A stretch of DNA of 64,000 bases from Amoebophrya sp. A120 (Eukaryota; Protista; Dinoflagellata). The notes under the pieces are model-generated. The model had not been told where the DNA came from. It was given only the letters and a program-made list of their open reading frames with translations, and ran no database searches. The stretch covers positions 2,652,485 to 2,716,484 of the forward strand of contig CAJINV010000011.1 in the NCBI GenBank assembly GCA_905178155.1, in the 5' to 3' direction. The translations under genes were made by a program, and so were the position numbers. Position 1 is the first letter of the stretch. Each line of letters begins with the position of its first letter. Below are positions 27,301-38,892 of this stretch, in pieces.

Positions 27301-30300
27301 GGGGTTTCTGCCGTTTCGCGACGGTGGAAAGCCAGTCGAGCGGGAAGCGGTGATTCGACGCTTTCTTCTCGACCAGGTTCTTGACCAGCACCCTGACGGA
27401 CTCCCGCTCCGTTAGCTTCTCTTCTTCGTCCGGGTAAAACGTCGCGAGAAGATTCATCAGGTCCCCCCGGCCGGGGAGCGTCTTCACCCGGACCGGAGAC
27501 ACCGGCCCTGGCGTGATCGGCGGGGGTCGATTGGATCCGGGGGACGGAGGTTGGCCTTGCAGAAACGCGGCCGCGAGGGAAGCATCCATCAGTGGAGCAG
27601 CAGGAGAGAAAGCTTGCTGCGGTTGTTCGCCGAATGCGGGCATCGTGGCGCCCATCCGCGACGCCATCGCTGGTGACATCGAAGCGCCGTAGGCACCAGG
27701 CGCCATGGACGCGGCCATTCCGCCACCCATCGGCGCCATGGACGCCATTCCCATCGGCCCCATAGTCCCCATATTCATCGCTCCTGGCGCCGTCGATGCC
27801 ATTCCTGCTCCGGCCCCCGCCATTGACGCAGCAGCTGCCATCGATTGCATCCCCGCACCAACAGCGGGTTGCTCCGTCCGCTCGATGCCCCAGGCGGAGG
27901 GCAATTTTCGCCAAACTACGAACTCCTGCTGCCTCGCGATCGGCGAAAAGCCGCCCGTTCGGCGGAAGAAGAAGTGCACGCCGGAGTTCCCGCTGTAGGC
28001 CGCGTACTTTTCCAGCCGCTCGGGGTGTTTCACGATGCTGTCCGACCCGGCGACCAGCACCTGATCGCCCTTCTGCAGCCCCATTCGGTGGCCCCAGGAG
28101 CCGGGGGGCGGGTCCTTAGACAACACGTTCGTCGATCCGTCGGAGTGGAGTCCAGAACTAGTATCGCCCGTTTCCGACGGTTTGTAAAACAACTGCAGGT
28201 ACTCGTGGACGTACTTCGCTCGGTAGAAGATGAAGGAGCAGGGTTTATCAAATGTAAAAGTGTCTGGGTCTGGAAGAATGCAAGACTTGTCACGCATATT
28301 TCTCATGACCCATGACGCCTGTAATGCATGACCTAGCATCGCAGATTTTTAGAGGGCTTCCTGATGCACCTTCCGCATGAGAAATGCCCTGTCCGTGTAG
28401 CACAAATTGTACCTCTCTTGCTGGTCATGCAATACAAATTTTTTTAGAGTCCAAAAACAGCATGACAAGCATGCATTCTTCCAGACCCAGACATTTTTAC
28501 ATTTGATAGGGTTCTTTTTTCTTCAATTTCCCCGCGGACGCCAGCAGCACCGCCCCCTCGATACTGGTCCCCTGCATGGTGGCGACGGACGTAACCCTGG
28601 TTCCCGCAAGCAAAACGATCTGGTCGCCGACAACAATGCCCGCTTTCGTCGCTCTGGAAGGGGTCTCGCCGTCGGCAGCTTTGGGGATGACGGTTTTCAC
28701 CACCACTTTTGGGAACGCGGACCAGTCCAGGATGAGCCCGAACAGCTGCTCAAACTTCTCCCTCGATCGTTTCTCCGACTTCATGATCTCGTTGTCCAAG
28801 CTGCTCTGAATCCAGCCTATGAAACCGTACTCCCGCAGATTCTTCGTCGACACCGTTTCCGCAAAGGTCGCGTACATGTAGGGCGCGTTTGGATCTGAAG
28901 GGGTAGCAGCTGCTGCGATAGATCCTGAAGCTGCGGAACCTGCTGCAACTGATCCTAGAGCAGCGCTGGCCAACATTGCGGGCGACTTCGAGGAATCTTG
29001 TGCAGGCGCAGCAGCCATGGACTTTGTCGCGGCCGGCGCCGCACCCCCGGCGTTCGCCGGGTGCGTCGTCGCTTTTCCCTGTATCCCCCATGCGGACGGG
29101 AGTTTGCGCTGCAGGTTGGGTTCGTGAGTGCCGTTTGCCTTATGAAATCCACCGGATCTGCGCAAGAAAAAATCGACGGACTTCTCCCCATTTGCGTAAT
29201 TTGCCAGCCGCTCCGGATGTCTCACAATGGAATCCGACCCGGCGACCAGAATCTGGTCGCCGATTTCCAACCCGACCAGAGCCGCCCACGTACCCGGGTC
29301 CGGCGAAGCAGAGACCGTGTTCTTCTCCCTATCGGATTTGATCCCGACGCCCATACTGCCGTGCGTGCTTTTCGAAAACCGCAACTGGATGTATTCCCCA
29401 ACATACTTCTTCCGGTAGAAAATGAAGCTGCACTGCTCCCCCTTCTTAATCTTCGACGCAGAGAGTTCCAGCACCGCTCCCTCCGCGCTCGACGCTTTCA
29501 CTTGCGCGACGTTCGTCACCCTGCCCCCGGCCGCGATTACCAGCTGGTCCCCCTCCACGATTCCGGATTTCGCCGCCCGGCTCGGCGTCTCGCCGTCGGC
29601 GGCCTTGGGGTGCACCTGCGTGACAAAAACCTTCGGAAATTGCGACCAGTCGAAGGTGAGCCCAAACAGCTTCTCCAGTTTCTCCTTGCTGCGTCTTTCC
29701 GATTTCATGATACCTTCGTCCAACGCGGAACTCTGGATCCACCCGATGAAACCGTATTCGCGCAGCGATTTTGTACTCACCGTCTCGGCGAAAGTTCCGT
29801 ACATGAACGGCAGTGCCTCCGCGCTCGAGGGCGGCGGAGAGGTGGAGCCGCCCCCAGCGGTCGATCTGTTCGCGCCAGCTCCTGGGCTGGCTGCGCTGGC
29901 AGCTGCACTGCCAAGAACGGCGGATGCAGCAGTCGTGCTGGCCATTGCAACGCCCCAGGCGGACGGCAGTTTCCGACCCAGGTCCGGCTGGTGGCTGGTC
30001 GTTGCCGAGTCAAAGCCGCCCGAGCGGCGGATGAAGAAGTCGCAGGAACTGTTCCCACTACAATACCCCGCGAGCCTCTCCGGGTGCCGGACAATGCTGT
30101 CGTTCCCCGCGATCAAGACCATGTCCCCAGCTTTCAGGCCCACTTTCGCCGCCCACGAACCCGGCGGTGGATCGGCCGACAGAGCGTTTTTCTCCCCGTC
30201 CGACTCGATCCCGACCGGCAGACCGGAGGAGCCGGAGTAGTGTAATTGGACGTATTCCCCCACGTATTTCTTTCGGTAGAAGATGAAACTGCACTTCTCC

Positions 30301-30959
30301 TTCTTCCCCACCTTCGCATTCGCTTGCTCCAACAGCGCGCCGTCCGGACTCGAGCCTTTCCACGTGGCGAGAGACGTGATTCTGCTCCCGGCCGCGATGA
30401 TCAGCTGGTCCCCCTCAACGATACCCGCTTTCGCGGCGCGAGACGGTCCGGACCCGTCCGGGGTTTTCGGGTTGGTGTGAGACACCACGACTTTGGGGAA
30501 CTGACTGTAGTCGAACTTCATGCCAAACAGCTGTTCGACCTTCTCCCTTGACCTGATCGAGGTCGACTGCAATATCGACTCGTCGAGAGAGGACTGGATC
30601 CAGCCGATCAACCCGAACTCCCGCAGCTTCGAGTCCGAAACCGTCTCGGCAAATTGCCCGAACAGAAACGGCTGCGGCTGCTGCTCGCTCGGCATGAAAA
30701 GAAACGGCGGCTGGTGGTCGTGTTGCTGTTCACCCTCGGTTGCATGTGGGAGAACTGACCGCGAAAGCAAATTTGCCGATGTTGCGCCGTGCACCAGCGC
30801 GCGGTCGGTTTCTGCATCGGCAGAACTTGTTCGCTCCGGCGGACGAAACGAAGACGACGAAGAACCACCAATCTGTTCCCGCGGAAAGTTGTAGCCCGCG
30901 AACAGGTCGGGGCCCCAACATTCGGGGCTGGTGCCCCCGCCGTCTGGGGGGGACGACAT
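24382..30959 (-). CDS. Large multi-exon protein with three internal repeats of tandem PDZ-like domains and a C-terminal coiled coil
   Basis: Repeated SRAAKAGIVEGDQL and SWAAKVGLKAGD motifs. ORFs 28497-31115, 26885-28339, 25926-27005, 25062-25727 and 24382-25128 can be joined through one introner and GT-AG introns. The single-gene model is inferred. Confidence 0.65.
27890..30680 (-). repeat. Three intragenic repeats of about 230-240 aa
   Basis: FAETVS..LRE(F/Y)G.IGWIQSS...CSFIFYR...SIV(R/K)HPERL...RKLPSAWG occurs three times. Boundaries are approximate. Confidence 0.9.
28246..28508. mobile_element. Introner, single copy in window
   Basis: TSD gggtt; 37-bp TIR tatcaaatgtaaaa(g/a)tgtctgggtctggaagaatgca with one mismatch. 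Confidence 0.96.
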
Positions 30960-31526
30960 GATTGGATGAAAAGCGAAAGTTCTCGCTGCGTCTTTATTTT
31001 CTTTTACGAACGCTGCTGGCAGCCAGTGGCAGTGCAGGTGCACACGACACATACAGTACTGAGAACAAGACAGCCTTCTACAACCCTCTGAATTCTCTCC
31101 TGTCGTTGCTCCCACGCCACTTCCTCATGCGGTAACCAGGCTCTCACAGGATTATCTATTTTCGAAGGGAACCACGGCGCAGACGCAGACGCAGGCTGCG
31201 TTTCTTCTTGTGTGCTGAGCGTAATGAGACACAATCACACAACATCTGCTGTCCGCAGAGTAAAGTTCTTGTCGTGAAGCTTTTTCAATTTCGTGATTTG
31301 GTGGAAAACGAGGATCTCTTCAGGACAAAAGTGCCCAACAAGGAGTGTTATGGTTTCTCGACGAGGCTGTTAACCTTGACGAGGATTTGAAATAAGGAAA
31401 ATTCATCGGGGTATTTTCTTACTTGGAAAAACTTCTACTTTGCAACAACGAACTAGGAATAGCACGTGTACTCCGCAACACTCTACTTCATCTTCCCGTC
31501 CTTGACAACGACACTCACGACATCTT

Positions 31527-34500
31527 CTACTTTTTCTTCCCTTCCTTTGCCTGCCCGGATTTCGTGTAGAAGTGCATCAGCGTTTGCTCGCACGTCAATG
31601 CCGGTTCGTCGTCATCGTCAACATCCTTTTTCCTCTCCTTATCGAAAACCCTCGGGTCCAGAACGGTCGTCAGGCTCGGGCGGAAGAAGAACGGACTGGA
31701 ATACCGTTCCGCCGTGGACAAGTTCACGACCCGGTGGATGGTCGCTTTTATCTTGTGCCGGGTCCACTGCGCCAACATGGAACCAAAGTTCACCACAAAC
31801 GCGTGCTTGATTGGCGGCACGTGAATCCAGGCGTGTTATCCTACGCAAAAACGTGCCCACACCATAGTCAAGATGGGGAATCTGCAACACAAGTCTCCAA
31901 GTTTTGGGAGTTCTGCATGATAAGTTTCCATCTGCAGTGTAGTGCTGGTTAGCAAGGAAAGCCGCATGAGAAAGCCATTCACTTATCCTGTTTACAGCAT
32001 TACAAATTCCAAAACACGACTGGAAATGCCTCTCAAGGGGATGCGCATTACAAATGTTCCTGTCATTGTGCATTTGCATGACAACTCTGGGGTGGGAACG
32101 TTTTTACAAATGATACGTGTCGCTTCGCGTTCAGCACCTGCAGGCCGCCGACCATGTCCTGCTATCAAAAGGAAAAATCCCCCCTCCCCATATCGAAATG
32201 GAAATCTGTGACGCGGGATTTGGGTACACAAATCGGCTTTGCCTTGCAGTGAAAGACTGCAACCAGATGCAAAGCCGCAGCAGGGGCGCTTTGGTGTAGG
32301 CGCGTGGCAAGACAGGCGCATCCTCCGTAGGCCGCCCAGCATTACAAATTGCCTTCAGAACGCGGCGGAGTTTTTGGATTCGCCTTCTTGCAACACAGAG
32401 ACGATTTGGCGTCTCAAATCAGCATCACAAATTTTAAGAAGTGTCCCTTTTCGATATGGGGAGGGGGGATTCTTCCTTACGATACCTGCGCGAGCATGGT
32501 CAGAAACCCGTAGTCCACGTGCGCGCCGATGGAGACTTCGTTGTGGTAATCCTGAAGTGGCGGGTAGTGCAGAATCCGGTGGTGACAAACGGCGTTGTCG
32601 CAACTCCGCCGGAGAACTTGGTCGTCGTAGTGTGCGTCATCTTCAACTTCTTGTTCAACCTCATGATCCCCTTCTGCGAGAACTTTCTGGGAATCCTCAA
32701 ATCTCGGAGGCGGTGTGGAGCGACTTTTTGAAGATGATGTTGACCCATCCGCCCTATTGCTGTTGTTCTGCAGCCCGCCCGTACTGCGGGTATGCCTGTC
32801 GGCGTGGATTACCGACGTTTTCACCTTCAAGTCACACGCGGTTCCGAGAAGTTCCATTAACTTCAGAGAGAGATCTAGCACCTGCTCTTGGTACCGCCGC
32901 ATGACAGGAGTGAAGCCCGGCACCTCCTTGTCCGGCATGTCCGACTCCTCCAGCCAGCGGCCGCTGCTCGCCGCTTTCAGATTCGCGGCGCTGCGGGACC
33001 CGGCCGTGTTGCCATTCATGTCGAATATGCATTGCAGAAGTATCATATTAGTATGAATTGCATCACAAATTTTCTCAAAAGGAAAAATGGAATTTGTAAT
33101 GCTGATTCACCTACTAGAAAGGCATATTTGTCATGCTTAACAGACTGCGCAGCTCAAGCCCGGGGGGGGTCCGGGGTCGAATATTTTGTCATGCATATTT
33201 GCAATTAGTACGACCGAGTACGATACTTTTGCAATGCATATCGAAGCCTTCCTTGCAATCCTGCCTCGCGACGGGGGGAAGGACCTGCTCCTGCGGGTTC
33301 ACGTCCTTCACTGGGTTCGCGTTGGGTTTATCTTGACTGGCGGTAGTCGTGTCCTCGTCATTTGTTCCAGTGGTACCGGCGTAAACGACCCTATCACTAG
33401 TCGCGCCCACAACTTCCTTTGACGTCTCGGTCGGTATCCTCAGCGCCCCCTCGCCCTCGTCGTACACTTCGTCCAGGTTTTCCATCCCCTTGCCGAAGTA
33501 CCCCGTCATCGCCTCGCTTTGGTTCATCAGGTATTTTTCCTTCGTTTTCTGGGACAAATCGAAAAACACTTGCGCGTTCTTGAACACGGCGTCCATCAGC
33601 TCCGGTTCGACGGAGTGGTTCACGAGGTAGAAAAACCCGATTTCCTTTGCCGCTTTCCCCAACAAGGGTAAGAGCTTCTCTCTCGGTAAGCTGTAGTCGA
33701 TGATCGGCACGGCCTCGAAGTCGAAGGGGTTGACGATCGCCGCTTTTAAATCTTCCGGCAAGTCGTTCGGTAGCACGGGCTGGATGTTCTTCAAATGCGA
33801 CGCTTTAATGGTCCCGCCCTCGATCGCGATGGTGGACTTGTGGATTCGATCCACTAGCACGCGCTTATCTTTCACAGCATCCGGGTTAATCTCAACCAGC
33901 AGATCCGGCTTCCGTCTCAGCCCCTCGATTTTGTCGACGGAGGGAGCGAAGTAGATTCTGTCTGCTTGTTGTTGGTGTTGTCCAGGCTTCATCTGCCCAG
34001 GCGCACGCGGCGGCGCGGCGTATCCGGAGCGGGAGAGAACGTTCGACGCGTTGTGGTCGGAATCCGGGGACTGCGTGCCGCTAAATTGGTCTGCTTTGGG
34101 GGAGCCGATTCGACCTCGCGAGTCGGGGTGAAAGGCAAGGTTGTGCGGCGTTGACATCGCTTTCTGTAGGGGCTGAAGGATGAAGGAGTCTTTCTTCATG
34201 TTATCTTGTACACTACTTGTTTGGGCTGTCGTGCGTGTGCTTTCTTCTCCTGTTGCACGGGAAGGCCCTCCTGCTGCTGGGAAGACTTGCTGATGATTGT
34301 TGCCTGCCCTATGAATATTCGCAGGCTCCTCCCGTGAAGTCGTAGGCGACAACGCTGCAAAGGAGGGATCTCCGGCGCTACTGGATGGCGCGGGCGATCG
34401 CGCGCCACCGGCTTTGAGCATACCGGCGAGTTGCTCCCGGTTCGCCCCGGCAAGTGCATTCGCGTTGGCCTGGTCAAACGCGGTCAAGTTGTTCCCAACC

Positions 34501-35489
34501 GACGTTCCTGCTGCACTCGTCCCCGGGCCTTTTAGCCCCTCTTTGAAGATGTCGACGATGTTTTCAAAATACGTTGCGTGCACCAACGGTTCGTCGATTA
34601 CTTCCTTCATATCCTCAAACTCCTCCTCGTCACTCTCGGCCAGCCAGGTACTATCGCCGTCCCCAATGGAGGATACCGGCCCGGGTTCCGACCGCGGACG
34701 ACTGAAAGTCAGGAAATAGCCTGAAGCGGATTGATTCCTCCTCTCTTGGAGAGACGGGTTAAGAAAGACCTTGTGCCCCCGGGTGAAACCGGGGCGGTTG
34801 TCGACGATTTTGGTGACGACGTCGAGGGTAAAGGTGAGGAGAGAAACCGTGGTTGCGGAATCTTCCTCGGTAGTCTTGTTTTCAGGCGGTGGAAGACGCT
34901 GCTTCATCTCAACATAATTATTCGGTCGTTCATTCGATGCTGAGGACGCGGATGCAGATGTGCTGTTTGTTGATCCGCCATTCTTCCCTTCCTTGTTTTC
35001 GCCATTTTGTTCAACACCCATCTCGTCATCTTCACCCGGAAAGCACAGTTTTTCCACGATCCAAAATTCGCCCTGCGCGAAGACTTTGAATTTTCCGGAT
35101 TTCTGGTCGATGTACTCGTGAACGTCCAACAAAAAATCGCCCTGGTCGCTATCCAGGTACACCAGCATCTCGTCCGTGGGCCAGGTCGGGCGGATCCCAT
35201 GGGAGGCGACCTTCACGCGGTAGAGGTGCAATCGACACTCCGGGTTCTCGAAGGAAAATTCAAGCGTTGGTTTTATCGGCTCCTTGCAGAAGCTCGCGGC
35301 GGCACCCAGAACGTACAACGGACGGCCCTGCTCGGGAAGGGAGAGCTTCGAGCTCGGGTCCACGTGGTCCCTCTTATCGAGGGCGGCCAACGCGGACTTG
35401 TTCATTTTGATGATATGCAGTGGGAGTGGGAAGAAAGACTTTACAATTACATTGGGATCCAAGTTAGGAATCTTCCAAGCGGAGGTCAA
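31527..35489 (-). CDS. 2OG-Fe(II) oxygenase (IPNS/DIOX type) fused to an N-terminal region with a Tpt1/KptA-like ADP-ribosyltransferase lobe
   Basis: VPIIDYS...GFFYLVNHSV, HYPP, GAHVDYGFLTML, GGLQVL, ATIHRVV and RYSSPFF are continuous after removing three introners. Start uncertain. Confidence 0.85.
31837..32115. mobile_element. Introner family B
   Basis: TSD cgtgt; homologous to 6966-7247. Confidence 0.93.
32163..32484. mobile_element. Introner, single copy in window; compatible with GT-AG splicing
   Basis: TSD cctgc; TIR core aatcccccctccccatatcgaaa. Removal gives MLAQDMVGGLQV. Confidence 0.95.
33026..33240. mobile_element. Introner family D (long variant)
   Basis: TSD tcgaa; TIR tatgcattgca(g/a)aagtatc. 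Removal gives KEGFDMNG. Confidence 0.95.
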
Positions 35490-36012
35490 CGTTTTTTACC
35501 GATCATGCTAGTACACATGCGTCAAACGCCTGGTAATACTTTATACTGCTGGCACAACGAAAATAATCATACATTTGATGTCGTAGGGGACTTCTCTACT
35601 CATAGGGTGTAGTTAGATTGGGGTCAGCACGGGGAGCGGAAAAAGTTTTGCAGGAACTGCAGCTGAAAAAAAAAAAACGCTCTTCACGACGACCACTCTG
35701 GGGACATTTCCGGCACCGGCTCCAACTATGAAGATCCGTGAAATTTTTTCAATCGCATGTGCGAACAAAAAAATCAATACAGACGTCAAACCGAATTGCT
35801 ACTTCCGCTCTCTCTGCTTAATATTTCGAGCATTCTTTTTAAGTATCTCCGGGAACAAAAGGACTTCTTGCATTTCTTGTAAAAGTCTTGTAATCTTCAT
35901 TTGTTCAAGAGCGACATCAAGAGGCAGCCGTTCGCTGCATCGTCCTGGCCTCTGATCATGTTATAGTCTTTTGATGTTGACGAGCAGAGAAAGTTCTCGA
36001 CGTAGTTGCAGG

Positions 36013-38892
36013 TTAAGGCGCGTGGTTCATTGTAGTACGTCCAATGTAATTTGCAGCATCGCTACTGCTGCCCCAGTGGCTTTGAATCGCTTGTGCCAAA
36101 TAGGTTGGCGGCTTCGCTTTCACAACAACATCCTTGCCGGCAAAGGTTCGCATGGTAACCTGCCACAGATACATTTGCATCTTCGCTTGCGTGTTGTCAT
36201 CTTTCGCACCTCCTGAGGCTTTCTTTGCTTCTCCGAAAGGCCCCTTCTCCCGGAGCTTCTGCACTTTTTTCATTCTTGATGCTCGTCTTCGAAAGCTTTC
36301 CTCGGCTTTTTTCTCCTCTTCCAGGTAATGCGTCGCCTCCTTCTCCTTTTGCAACGATCTCGAGTAGTCGACGATGTCCTCGAAGTCTTCGGGCTGGACG
36401 GAGACAATGGAGGCAGCCGGTAGTGCTGACTTAGTTTGTGTGGCTTCGGCCGAGGGCGAGGTCGAACCGTCGGAAGTAGGTGACCGCCTAGCGTCGAAGA
36501 CAGAAGTCCGTGGTGATGATTCCTTCTCAGAAGTGCTTGCGCTTTTTTCCTGACGCAACTTCATCACCTTCTTTCTTGCATTTAGCTGCGTTGCAGTGGC
36601 GCGCTGCGAAGATGCTGTAGGCAACACCCCGATACCGTCAACCAGTTTCTCATTTTGAGCCGCCACGACACGAGAAAGATTATCGGCAGCTCTGTTAGCT
36701 TTCTCCAGGACTGACAAAGTAGATGAACTGCTTGTAGTTCTTGCCCTTGCGCCTGACGCGTTACTAGCTCTCGCCGCTGTCGCGTCCACTGAGGTCGTGC
36801 CACCTTCACAATTCGAACCGAAAACGCGCCGTCCCTCCAGTATACCTTCGATTTTGTCCTCCCACCTTCTCCCTTCTGCAGCTAGATCCTTGCAGCGCAG
36901 CGCCCTCTCGTAAACCAAATCGTCCACGACGGGCATGCCAAGGCCAAAGGCCAACGCCGCCCGCATCAGGTGCTCTTCGGGCGTCTGGGGAATCACTTCG
37001 ATCAGAGAGTAGGTGGTTTTATTTTTTTGCTCGTTCTTCTTCTTCGTATGATGCTCGAGGTCAGCATCTATTCCACTGAATACATCCTCGCTTTCTCTTT
37101 CCAGCTGCCTGGGGCGATTGTCAACCGTGGCTCTCCGAAGCTCCCTGTAGTGCAGAACGGCAGTTTGGACGCTGTCTTGCCCCACATCTGGCGGCGCTGG
37201 TAAAAGGATCTTCAACACCGGGTCTAAGCGCATGGGTAATCTCAGAACGGAAAACGCCCCGGACTTTCTTCTGGCCGACGAGGTCTGCTTGTCCGCAAAG
37301 AAGAACGGGGCAATCGTGCTGCTAGACGTCGATGAGGCTCCTCCTGAACCGCCGTGCTGCTGCCTGTCCTTTGTTTCAGTACAACTATCTCTATCGGAGA
37401 CGACTGTCCTCACCACAGCGAGATACTTGTGTTGCGCAAACGTCCTTGCCTTGCTGGCCTCCTTCGCGTGCACACTAGCGGTCTCGCTTCGGGAAACTAT
37501 CATGCATCCCGCCATGTCCGTGGGAAGACGGTGAACTGGAAACAGCTCGTCCTCGATCATGGGTATAGGTTCCTTCTGTTTCGCTGCTGCATCTTCGGTG
37601 TTATCATTTGCTTGGTCCTCCGAGGAACTACAATCCTCGCTCTCTTCTGTAGCCTCATCTGTCATTTCCATTTCTTCGCCTGTCTCGTAGTTGACGGCTT
37701 TCGTAGCTGCTTTTGCGGTACTAATCGCCTCCCCATTTTCCCGCCCCAGCTTTCGCATGGCCCACTGCAGCTGCTTTTGTTTTTTCGCGACGTTTTTCTT
37801 TCTTTTCACTTTCCCCTCAGCGGCGAGTTTTTGCACTTCAAGTTCTCGTTTGTGCAAATACCAGATCAGGAGCGTACGCAGGCTGAATTCCGACCCGTGC
37901 AGAGTCGCGCCCCAGGGAAGCCCGGCGGGCTTGTCGAAAACAAGGTAGTCTGTGTCCAGAAACAGCACGCGGGAGCAGAGCGCTCGCAGCTTTTCCTCCG
38001 GTGCCGTTGCTGGCGCAAGGGGGACAAGGTCTGGATCGGTCGTGGTAAACGAGGAGGTGGACGGAGGAGGCGCTGCGTCGACCACTTTCGTTTTGTTTCT
38101 TTCACGACGACACACTTGCCCCTGTAATTCATCGACGCCTCTTTCTTCGTCATCATTTCCAGGCGTGAAGGTTGAAGTTTCCGCTCCCCCGTTATCCTCT
38201 TTACTTTCCTCGTCCAACGCTTCTCCAACCACCCGCTCCGGTAGCAAATGTCGGAACTTCCTATGCACGCACGCCCTCGCAAACACAACTGTTTCCCCCT
38301 CTTTGAGGATTCTCTCCCCACGGGGCTTTTCCCGCTTTACCTTCAGATCACCGTGTCGATGTCCCTTTCGTTTTGGCGGTATCACTCGTACCTCGCCATT
38401 CTCATCCGGCTGGGCCCAGACAGGCACGGGGTTGCTTGTGTCTGCCGGTAATTTATTTTCGGCATCATCAGTACAACCGGGTCGACGAGTAGCCAGGACG
38501 TCGTCAGCGGTCTCAGAAGTGCCAGGACATCGTCCGCGGTCATGCTCGGGGAGAAGTTCGTCGATGCTGCACACCGATGGTCCAGAAGCCACGCTGTACT
38601 GATTAGCAGAAGCTGAAAGAGCATCTTCCCCCAGCATCCCGCCTGAGCCGAAGCTCGCATTTGGTGCAATCTTTATGATCTCCTTCGCCGGCGTTGGTGT
38701 TGGAAACTGCAACGGCGTGTTTTCCGGCACCACCCAAATCCGTTTTTGCAGGTAGAACTTCTGGATTTGCCGCCAATCCTTGGACACATACCTGCGCATC
38801 CATTGCGTCAGCTTCAGCCCGGCTAGGTCGTTTTCCACACGGCATGTGACGTATGTGGCAGTCGCGTTCTGAATCTTGGACAAGGTAGCCAT
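36013..38892 (-). CDS. RluA/RluC-family pseudouridine synthase-like protein, probably catalytically inactive
   Basis: S4-like N-terminus, VLFLDTDYLVFDKPAGLP, PVHRLPTDMAGCMIV, HLMRAALAFGLGMPVVDDLVY. Intronless 959-aa ORF. Confidence 0.85.
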   Translation of the reverse strand: MATLSKIQNATATYVTCRVENDLAGLKLTQWMRRYVSKDWRQIQKFYLQKRIWVVPENTPLQFPTPTPAKEIIKIAPNASFGSGGMLGEDALSASANQYSVASGPSVCSIDELLPEHDRGRCPGTSETADDVLATRRPGCTDDAENKLPADTSNPVPVWAQPDENGEVRVIPPKRKGHRHGDLKVKREKPRGERILKEGETVVFARACVHRKFRHLLPERVVGEALDEESKEDNGGAETSTFTPGNDDEERGVDELQGQVCRRERNKTKVVDAAPPPSTSSFTTTDPDLVPLAPATAPEEKLRALCSRVLFLDTDYLVFDKPAGLPWGATLHGSEFSLRTLLIWYLHKRELEVQKLAAEGKVKRKKNVAKKQKQLQWAMRKLGRENGEAISTAKAATKAVNYETGEEMEMTDEATEESEDCSSSEDQANDNTEDAAAKQKEPIPMIEDELFPVHRLPTDMAGCMIVSRSETASVHAKEASKARTFAQHKYLAVVRTVVSDRDSCTETKDRQQHGGSGGASSTSSSTIAPFFFADKQTSSARRKSGAFSVLRLPMRLDPVLKILLPAPPDVGQDSVQTAVLHYRELRRATVDNRPRQLERESEDVFSGIDADLEHHTKKKNEQKNKTTYSLIEVIPQTPEEHLMRAALAFGLGMPVVDDLVYERALRCKDLAAEGRRWEDKIEGILEGRRVFGSNCEGGTTSVDATAARASNASGARARTTSSSSTLSVLEKANRAADNLSRVVAAQNEKLVDGIGVLPTASSQRATATQLNARKKVMKLRQEKSASTSEKESSPRTSVFDARRSPTSDGSTSPSAEATQTKSALPAASIVSVQPEDFEDIVDYSRSLQKEKEATHYLEEEKKAEESFRRRASRMKKVQKLREKGPFGEAKKASGGAKDDNTQAKMQMYLWQVTMRTFAGKDVVVKAKPPTYLAQAIQSHWGSSSDAANYIGRTTMNHAP

